Shown here: piece by piece, positions 7,608-14,267 of the stretch
Layout: every line of letters begins with the position of its first letter
Numbering within the stretch: the first letter of the stretch is position 1
DNA from: Horticoccus luteus
Lineage (GTDB): Bacteria > Verrucomicrobiota > Verrucomicrobiia > Opitutales > Opitutaceae
Assembly: GCF_019464535.1 (NCBI RefSeq)
Contig: NZ_CP080507.1
Span: forward strand, 3,750,001-3,782,000
Direction of reading: 5' to 3'
Length of the DNA: 32,000 bases
Position numbers and translations under genes: made by a program
Notes under the pieces: model-generated
Databases searched by the model: none
Told to the model about the DNA's origin: nothing
The model's input: only the letters and a program-made list of their open reading frames with translations

Positions 7608-10454
7608 TTACGGCACCGCGTAGATTTCCACCAACGCCACGCCCGTCGTCTGCTGCCTTCCGCTCACCGTCGCCGTGTAAACGCCCGGCGGCAGCTCAAT
7701 CGCGATCGCTGCATCCGCACTCGTATCGCTCGCGAAACCAAACGCCCCCGTTGCTTGCGCCGCGCTCCGCACCACCGTGGCGCCCTTCCAGTTATCGTTG
7801 ACCGCCACCAGCGCCGCGTCCGCTCCGTTCACCGCCCGCACCGCAAGTTCCGGATCGGCCAGCGCGCCCGCGACCCCCAACGGCGTCAACGACGGCCCCA
7901 TCCCGCGGATCAAGAGCTTGCGGGGCACATTCCCGCTCACCACGAACCCGGCGATCAACACGTCGGCGCCCGTGCCCACCTGCGCCCGGGCGGAGACATT
8001 TACCAAAGCACCCCCGACGCCGGCGCCCGCGTCGTAAATTTCCGCCAACGCGATTCCCGTCGCGCCCGCCGCGCCCGAGACCTGCGCCGTGCGCGGCCCT
8101 TCCACCTCCGCCACCAACGCCGCATCCTGGCTGGTCACCTCGAGCGAAAACGCCCCCAGCCGCGCGAACAAATCGGCCGAGGCGTTCCCCTGCGACCAGT
8201 TGTCGTTTTCCATGAGCAATCCGCCGCTGCCATACAACTCGAGCCGCGGATCCGCGAGCACGCCCGGCACCCCAAACGAACCCAACGTCGGACCGATCGC
8301 CCGCACGAGAATCGATTGCGCTTCCCCTTGCACGACGAACCCCGCAATCAAGATCTGGTCGCCGCTCCCCGCCGTCGTGCGCACCGATAGATTCGTCAAT
8401 GGCCCCGGATTGTCGTTCTCCGCCTGGAACACCCCGCGCACCAACGGCTTCACCCCGCGCGCCACTTCGATCGCGTTACCCACCCCCACGAGATCCATCA
8501 GCCCGTCGCCGTCCACATCCGCGGGCGCTAGAAACGTCACGTTGCCCAGCGCCACCGCGTCCGAAGCATCCACAAACGTCGCCCCGCCTCGGTTCAGCAA
8601 CAACGTCCGCGAAAAGGCCTGTCCCGAGCTCGACGGCGCGCCCTGCAACACCAGATCCGGCCGTCCGTCGCCGTCCATGTCCGCCACCCGGACCCACTCC
8701 ACCCACGTGTCGCTCGGACCGAACGTCAGATTCAGCCGCGCCGTCGCGTCGTAGAATGTCCCGTCACCACGATTCAACAACAACTGCACGCCCGGCACGC
8801 CATAGCCGAAGATCGTGCGCCCATCCGCCAACGCCAGCTCCCCACCGGTCGTGGACAGCACCAGGTCCGGCGCGCCATCCGCATTGAAGTCCCCGCTCGT
8901 GATCGCGACCGTCACCGCCTTTTCGCTGAAAAGTTTCGGCGGCAACGTGAAGCGCGCATCGCGGGCGAAATGTCCCGTGCCATCGTTTATCAACAGCTCG
9001 TTGACCGGCGACGTGTTCTCTCCGCCTAACACCAGATCCGGAAAGCCGTCCCCATTCACATCCACCAGCAACGACGCCGTGTAGGCCAGCCCCGCCGTTC
9101 GCGCCGCGATGTCCGCCGGCAGACGATCCGTCGCCTCCGTGAAAAATCCGTCGCCGTTGTTCAGATAGAAACGCGGACCGCTATCGCCGCCGTTGACGTT
9201 CGCCACGTAGATGTCGAGGTCGCCATCGCCGTCGATGTCCGCGACCGCCAGATTATGCGTGAAACTATTGTGCGGCGGCAGCCGCGTCGCGCTCTCGTCC
9301 ACCAGTTTTCCGTCGGCCGATTGGATGAGCAATTTCATCTGCTCGCCGGGAAACGGCATCGTGTCCGTGCCGTGGCCGCCGATGAGCAAGTCCATGCGGC
9401 CATCGGCGTTGAAGTCGGCGGCGATGCGATGCCGCGGATGCACCATCGTCACGTTGCCCAACACCGCGTCGGTCACATCCGTGAACACGCCGTGATCGTT
9501 GCGAAACGCGCGCAGCCGCTCCCGCGTTTCCGGCACGGTCGGCGGCACATGAATATGTGTCGTCACCAGATCGAGATCCCCGTCGCTGTCGAAATCGATC
9601 AGGATGCCGTCGTCGACATCGGCGAGCACCCCGCCGGCCGGCACCGTGCTCGTCACCGTAAAAAATTGCCCCGCCTCCAGCACGACGGTGCGCACCGTCG
9701 CCAGCGCGCCCGCCGGCGCGGTCAACGCCCGGTCCGCGCCACTCACATCGCGCGCCACCGCGCCCGCGCCGTCATCGAGCGGCCAGGCCGCCACCAACCC
9801 CGTCGTCTCCGCCGGCAGCGCCCGGCCCGCGTCGGCGGCGATCTGCTCCGGCGTCCGCACCACGTTCCAGAAACGCGCCTGCCGCGCATAGCCCGGAAAG
9901 GGCGGATAATTCATCGTGCCATCCGCCAAAAACGCACTGCCGACGCCCAGCGCCACCGCCGTCGCGGCGCCCGGTGTGCCCGCGCTCGGCCCTGTGGCCA
10001 CCGCCACGCCGTTCACCAAGAGGCGCATCGTCGCGCCGTCCAGCACCGCGGCCACATGCGTCCACGCCCGCAACGGCAGCGCTGTCGGCGCCGTGATCTC
10101 GCGATAACTTCCCGCCGCGCCCGTGCTCGCCGCGAAGCTCGCCTTCGTCCCGCTCGCATCCAGGAACAACGCGAAGCTGATATACGGATCGATGCCCGCA
10201 TTCGGCAGACCCTTGCCCATGATCCACGCGTAAGGCGTGTTCGCCGTCGGATAAATCCACGTTTCCATCGTGAACGTCGGCCCCGCGATGAACGCCGTCG
10301 TCGTGGGCGCCTTCAACGGCGAAGCGCCGATGTTCACCACCGTCGCCTGCGCCGGCGGCACCGGCTGCGCCTCGGCCTGCGCGAGCCCGCAGCCCGCCAG
10401 CAACGCCGCCCACATCCCCCGCCACCGTGATTGACCGCCCCGTTGGATTGCCAT
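7608..10454 (-). CDS. Large secreted LamG-like / FG-GAP (VCBS) beta-propeller repeat protein with two C-terminal tandem domains
   Basis: There is a signal peptide. The N-terminal region is concanavalin/LamG-like ('FTMETWIYPT...WTHVAAVLDG.TMRLLVNG'). At least six FG-GAP/VCBS Ca-binding-type repeats are present (DFDSDGDLDLV, DFNADGRMDLLIG, DIDGDGDLDIYVAN, DVNGDGFPDLVLG, DFNADGAPDLVLS, DMDGDGRPDLVLQ, DVDGDGLMDLVGV). Two domains of about 125 aa follow. Confidence 0.85.
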   Translation of the reverse strand: MAIQRGGQSRWRGMWAALLAGCGLAQAEAQPVPPAQATVVNIGASPLKAPTTTAFIAGPTFTMETWIYPTANTPYAWIMGKGLPNAGIDPYISFALFLDASGTKASFAASTGAAGSYREITAPTALPLRAWTHVAAVLDGATMRLLVNGVAVATGPSAGTPGAATAVALGVGSAFLADGTMNYPPFPGYARQARFWNVVRTPEQIAADAGRALPAETTGLVAAWPLDDGAGAVARDVSGADRALTAPAGALATVRTVVLEAGQFFTVTSTVPAGGVLADVDDGILIDFDSDGDLDLVTTHIHVPPTVPETRERLRAFRNDHGVFTDVTDAVLGNVTMVHPRHRIAADFNADGRMDLLIGGHGTDTMPFPGEQMKLLIQSADGKLVDESATRLPPHNSFTHNLAVADIDGDGDLDIYVANVNGGDSGPRFYLNNGDGFFTEATDRLPADIAARTAGLAYTASLLVDVNGDGFPDLVLGGENTSPVNELLINDGTGHFARDARFTLPPKLFSEKAVTVAITSGDFNADGAPDLVLSTTGGELALADGRTIFGYGVPGVQLLLNRGDGTFYDATARLNLTFGPSDTWVEWVRVADMDGDGRPDLVLQGAPSSSGQAFSRTLLLNRGGATFVDASDAVALGNVTFLAPADVDGDGLMDLVGVGNAIEVARGVKPLVRGVFQAENDNPGPLTNLSVRTTAGSGDQILIAGFVVQGEAQSILVRAIGPTLGSFGVPGVLADPRLELYGSGGLLMENDNWSQGNASADLFARLGAFSLEVTSQDAALVAEVEGPRTAQVSGAAGATGIALAEIYDAGAGVGGALVNVSARAQVGTGADVLIAGFVVSGNVPRKLLIRGMGPSLTPLGVAGALADPELAVRAVNGADAALVAVNDNWKGATVVRSAAQATGAFGFASDTSADAAIAIELPPGVYTATVSGRQQTTGVALVEIYAVP
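7611..8399 (-). repeat. Two tandem copies of a protein-domain repeat of about 125 aa at the C-terminus of the FG-GAP protein
   Basis: Copy 1 (aa ~686-808) reads LTNLSVRTTAGSGDQILIAGFVVQGEAQSILVRAIGPTLGSFGVPGVLADPRLELY...ENDNW...GIALAEIYDA. Copy 2 (aa ~817-948) reads LVNVSARAQVGTGADVLIAGFVVSGNVPRKLLIRGMGPSLTPLGVAGALADPELAVR...VNDNW...GVALVEIYAV. The similarity is at the protein level; the DNA copies have diverged. Confidence 0.75.
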
Positions 10455-10515
10455 GGTGGCGCCAGAAAATGAAACGCCCGACGCGCGGCAAGCCCAACAC
10501 CGATAAAATGCTTCG

Positions 10516-12837
10516 CTACTGCGCCGCCGCCGCGATCGTCACGATCACAAACTTGCTCGTCGGCGTGTTGCTCACCGCCGCCACGCTGTCGATCGGCACG
10601 AGCACATTCGCCTCCGGAAAATACGTCGCCACGCAGCCGCGCGGGATCCGATACGGCGCCACCATGAAGCCCCGCGCCACCCGCTCCACGCCGTTGTGCC
10701 GGTTCGTCAAATCCACGCTCTGCCCCTGCATTAATCCCGCCGCCCGGATGTCCTCCTCGTGCATGAACACCACGCGCCGCCCGCCGAACACGCCGCGGTA
10801 GCGGTCATCCAGTCCGTAGATCGTCGTGTTGAACTGATCGTGCGTGCGGATCGTCATCATCACGAACTCCCCCTCGCCCACCAGCCGCCGCGGAATCGGC
10901 GCCGCCACAAAGTTGGCTTTCCCCGTCGCCGTGCGCCACTCGCGCCGGTCGCGCGGCGCGTTCGGCAGGTAGAAAATCCCCTCGCGGATCTTCGCGTTGA
11001 AATCCTCGCAGCCCGGCACCACCCGCGCGATGTGGTCGCGAATCAAATCGTAGTTATCCGCCAGCCGCTCCCATGCCACCGTCGAGCGCGCCCCGAGCAC
11101 CGCCCGCGCCAGCCGCGCCACAATCGCCGGCTCGCTCAACAACAGATTCGACGCCGGCTCCGCCTTCCCCCGCGACGGATTCACGATGCCCATCGAATCC
11201 TCCACCGTCACAAACTGCTCGCCGCTCGCCTGCGCGTCCCGCTCGCTGCGGCCCAGACACGGCAAAATCAACGCCGTCTCGCCCGTCACCAAATGCGCCC
11301 GGTTGAGCTTCGTCGACACATGCGCCGTCAGCCGGCAGCGCCGCAATCCTTCGCCCGTGAATTCCGTATCCGGCGTCGCCGACAGGAAATTTCCCCCCAT
11401 CGCGAAAAACACTTTCACCCGCCCGTCGTGCATCGCCTTGATCGCCTCCACGGTGTCGAATCCGTGCACGCGCGGCGACTTGAACGCGAACTCCGCATCG
11501 AGCCGGTCCAGCCACGCATCCGGCATTTTTTCGAAAATGCCCATCGTGCGGTCGCCCTGCACATTCGAGTGTCCGCGCACCGGACACGCTCCCGCGCCCG
11601 GCCGGCCCATGTCGCCGCGCAACAACAGGAAATTCACCACCGTCTGGATCGTCGCCACCGAGTTCGGCTGCTGCGTCAACCCCATCGCCCAGCAGCAAAT
11701 CGTCGCCCGCGAGCGCATCGCGATGTCCGCCGCCGCGCGGATCTGCTCCCGTGCCACGCCGCTCGCCGTCACCACGTCCTCCCACGTCGTCGCCCGCAAA
11801 TCCGCCACGACCGCCTCAAAACCCGTCGTGTGCTCCCGAATGAACGCGTGGTCAAACACGCTGCCCGGCGCCGCGTCCTCCGCCGCCAGCATCTCTTTCA
11901 TGATCCCCTTGAACAGCGCCAGATCGCCGTTGATGCGCGGCTGCAACCACAGGTCGCTCAGCCGCGTGCCGTCGCCCAGCAACGTGCGCAACGCCTTCAG
12001 CGGATTCATGAAATCCTGCGGATTCTTGAACCGCTCCGTGCCGATCTCGGGCATCGGATTGACCGACACGATGGTCGCCCCCGCGCGCTTCGCCGCCTCG
12101 AGCGTCGAGAGCATGCGCGGATGATTCGTGCCGGGATTCTGGCCGATGATGAAAATCGCGTCCGCGCGCTCGAAGTCCTCCATCGTCACCGTGCCCTTGC
12201 CGATGCCGATGCTCTGGCCCAGCGCCGCCCCGCTCGATTCGTGGCACATGTTCGAGCAATCCGGCAGATTGTTCGTGCCGAATTGCCGCACGAAAAGTTG
12301 ATACAGAAACGCCGCCTCGTTGCTCGTGCGCCCCGAGGTGTAGAACGTCGCCGCGTCCGGCGTCGGCAACGCGCGCAACTCCCGCGCGATCAGCTCAAAC
12401 GCCTCGTCCCACGCGATCGGCGCGTAGTGCGTCGCGCCCGGCCGCAGCACCATCGGCTCCACCAGCCGCCCCTGCTGGTTGAGCCAGTAATCCGATTCCG
12501 CCCGCAACGCCGCCACGCTGTGCGCCGCGAAAAATTCCCGATCCACGCGCCCCCGCATCGCCTCATCCGCCACCGCCTTCGCGCCGTTTTCGCAAAACTC
12601 AAAGGTATGCCGCTCGCCATCCGGGCTCGGCCACGCGCAACTCTGGCAGTCGAACCCATCCTTCTGGTTCACCGCCAAAAGCAGCTTCGTCCCCTTTACC
12701 GGCCCGACGCCCGCCAGCGCAAACCGCGCCGTCTTCTCCACCGCCTTCAACCCCGCCGCCGCCTTGCTGGCCGCGCCCAGATGCGGCGGTTCGGACTCGG
12801 CGGGCGGCTGCGCGAAGGGTGCGGGATGTTCGGCCAT
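10516..12837 (-). CDS. ydeP: FdhF/YdeP-family molybdopterin oxidoreductase
   Basis: I placed the start at MAEHPAPF, codon 161 of track ORF 10516..13317, where a cat triplet sits at 12835-12837. 'NQKDGFDCQSCAWPSP' is the YdeP-type N-terminal Cys motif. The rest is a molybdopterin-oxidoreductase body ('TFYTSGRTSNEAAFLYQLF', 'CHESSG', 'IFIIGQNPGTNHPRM') with a C-terminal MopB_CT-like barrel. About 773 aa. Confidence 0.85.
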   Translation of the reverse strand: MAEHPAPFAQPPAESEPPHLGAASKAAAGLKAVEKTARFALAGVGPVKGTKLLLAVNQKDGFDCQSCAWPSPDGERHTFEFCENGAKAVADEAMRGRVDREFFAAHSVAALRAESDYWLNQQGRLVEPMVLRPGATHYAPIAWDEAFELIARELRALPTPDAATFYTSGRTSNEAAFLYQLFVRQFGTNNLPDCSNMCHESSGAALGQSIGIGKGTVTMEDFERADAIFIIGQNPGTNHPRMLSTLEAAKRAGATIVSVNPMPEIGTERFKNPQDFMNPLKALRTLLGDGTRLSDLWLQPRINGDLALFKGIMKEMLAAEDAAPGSVFDHAFIREHTTGFEAVVADLRATTWEDVVTASGVAREQIRAAADIAMRSRATICCWAMGLTQQPNSVATIQTVVNFLLLRGDMGRPGAGACPVRGHSNVQGDRTMGIFEKMPDAWLDRLDAEFAFKSPRVHGFDTVEAIKAMHDGRVKVFFAMGGNFLSATPDTEFTGEGLRRCRLTAHVSTKLNRAHLVTGETALILPCLGRSERDAQASGEQFVTVEDSMGIVNPSRGKAEPASNLLLSEPAIVARLARAVLGARSTVAWERLADNYDLIRDHIARVVPGCEDFNAKIREGIFYLPNAPRDRREWRTATGKANFVAAPIPRRLVGEGEFVMMTIRTHDQFNTTIYGLDDRYRGVFGGRRVVFMHEEDIRAAGLMQGQSVDLTNRHNGVERVARGFMVAPYRIPRGCVATYFPEANVLVPIDSVAAVSNTPTSKFVIVTIAAAAQ

Positions 12838-12945
12838 GTGCGCAGATTGATTGGCCGCGTCACACAGTTCAACTCCGTCGATCACTTCCTTCCCCTCCCG
12901 CCAGCCGTTTCGCGCCGCGCCCTTGGCTTTTTTCCGCCCGCGCCT

Positions 12946-13236
12946 ATGTTGCCGCCGTCGATGTTCGCCAATCTTCTTCAACTCATCACGCGCCGGTCCC
13001 CGTCCGCCGACTATGGCCGCGAGTTTGTCAAAGAGGTCAACATCCGCGAACGCCCCCGCCGCAACCGCAAGGTCGAGCGCCTCTTTATCATCTGCTGGCT
13101 TCTGATCGCGGTGAAGTGCGTGGTCGTCTTCTGGGCCTGTGCGCACTACCGCGTGCCGTTCAGCGCGTGGTGGGTCGTCGCGCCCACCGTGCTCTTCGCC
13201 GCCGTGTGCACCGGTCTGTATTACTTGGGCGACTGA
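12946..13236 (+). CDS. Small two-TM membrane protein (hypothetical), present only as the tail of an 825-aa shadow ORF in the track
   Basis: From the ATG at 12946 (alternative ATG at 12961) the product is MLPPSMFANLL...RRNRKVERLFIICWLLIAVKCVVVFWACAHYRVPFSAWWVVAPTVLFAAVCTGLYYLGD*. The sequence has natural amino-acid composition, two clear hydrophobic helices and G/C-rich third positions. It is divergent from ydeP. Confidence 0.55.
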   Translation: MLPPSMFANLLQLITRRSPSADYGREFVKEVNIRERPRRNRKVERLFIICWLLIAVKCVVVFWACAHYRVPFSAWWVVAPTVLFAAVCTGLYYLGD

Positions 13237-13325
13237 CGCGCATTTTCGCGCGTTGCCACCGCCCGCGCGCCCGCTTTCCTCGTCGCTCCATCGCGCACTT
13301 CCGCGCGCTTCAACCACGTCGCCTT

Positions 13326-14267
13326 ATGCCCTCCGTCCCCGGACTGCGCAGCCCTTACCTTCTCGTTGGCCGCCTCGTTTATTTCGGCCGCATGCTCGAT
13401 AAAATCCGGCTGCACGCCCGCGCCGCCCTCCCCGCCGATTACGTGCCCAACCTCGGCCGCGGCTTCGATGGCCGCTGCTGCGAGTTTCTTCGCGTCGCCT
13501 ACCCCGATCTCGTGCACCGCACGCTCGCCGGCGACCTCCCCGACGAAGCGCTTCTTGCGTGGTGTCACGAGCACGGCGGCCCGCGCACCGATGCCGAATG
13601 CGAGACGTGGAACGGCTTCTTGATGAAGCGCGGCTGGCGCGATGCCGGCGCCGACATTCTCGCGCAACGCATTCGCGAAAGCCACCTCGAGGACAAGCCC
13701 ATCGCCACGATGTTTGACTATCTCGATTTCGACGAAGGCCGCGATCCCGTCGCCCGTCGCGCGTGGGCGCCCCGCGAGTCCATCGTCATCGTCCTCATGG
13801 GCGTGTCCGGCAGCGGCAAGACTACCGTCGGCCTCAAACTCGCCAGCGCCCTCGGCTGGAGTTTCCGCGATGCCGACGAATTTCACTCGCCCGCCAACAT
13901 CGCCAAAATGAGCGCCGGCACGCCGCTCGACGACGACGACCGCGCCCCCTGGCTCGCCGCCATCCGCGCCTACATCGAGGCCGCCCTCAGCCGCGGCGAA
14001 AACACCATCGTCACCTGCTCCGCGCTGAAGGACAGCTACCGCCACGTCATCGTCGCCGATCCGGCGCGCGTGAAGCTCGTTCATCTCACCGGCGACTTCG
14101 CGCTCCTCCTTGCGCGCATGTCCGAACGCCACGGCCACTTCATGAAGGCCGACATGCTGCAGTCGCAAATCGCCACGCTCGAGCTGCCCGACCACGCGCT
14201 CACGCTCAACGTCGCACAAACGCCCGCCGAGCTCGTCGCCCAAATCCGCACGGCCTTCGTCCTCTGA
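13326..14267 (+). CDS. gntK: DUF5069-domain / gluconokinase (GntK/IdnK-type) fusion protein
   Basis: The start is at the ATG at 13326 (MPSVPGLRSPYLLVGRLVYFGRMLDKIRLHA..., a DUF5069-like N-terminal half). The C-terminal half carries the P-loop 'VLMGVSGSGKTTVG', 'FRDADEFHSPANIAKMSAGTPLDDDDRAPWL' and 'IVTCSALKDSYR', which is the classical gluconate-kinase signature. Confidence 0.8.
   Translation: MPSVPGLRSPYLLVGRLVYFGRMLDKIRLHARAALPADYVPNLGRGFDGRCCEFLRVAYPDLVHRTLAGDLPDEALLAWCHEHGGPRTDAECETWNGFLMKRGWRDAGADILAQRIRESHLEDKPIATMFDYLDFDEGRDPVARRAWAPRESIVIVLMGVSGSGKTTVGLKLASALGWSFRDADEFHSPANIAKMSAGTPLDDDDRAPWLAAIRAYIEAALSRGENTIVTCSALKDSYRHVIVADPARVKLVHLTGDFALLLARMSERHGHFMKADMLQSQIATLELPDHALTLNVAQTPAELVAQIRTAFVL

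Noticed and set aside
10759-12945. The bulk of the 825-aa plus-strand ORF antisense to ydeP. Similar long Arg/Pro/His-rich ORFs include 22071..23906, 22201..24453, 24595..26433, 26360..27862, 30413..31954, 9255..10430, 19953..21413, 27997..29202 and 13221..14243.
   Set aside because: Each lies opposite or out of frame to a gene with clear family motifs. Each has extreme R/P/G/A/H composition and lacks a third-position G/C bias consistent with the real genes. Only the last ~96 codons of 10759..13236 look coding, and I reported those separately.
12819-13325. Long N-terminal extensions of track ORFs. Examples are 12819..14267, 13763..16669, 17119..18111, 26953..29304, 28754..30910, 18649..20094, 21975..23867, 23398..26145 and 10516..13317.
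   Set aside because: The extensions are R/P-rich junk that overlaps the preceding real gene. Recognisable protein families begin at internal ATGs, which I located in the sequence. Those internal starts also give sensible spacing or start/stop coupling.
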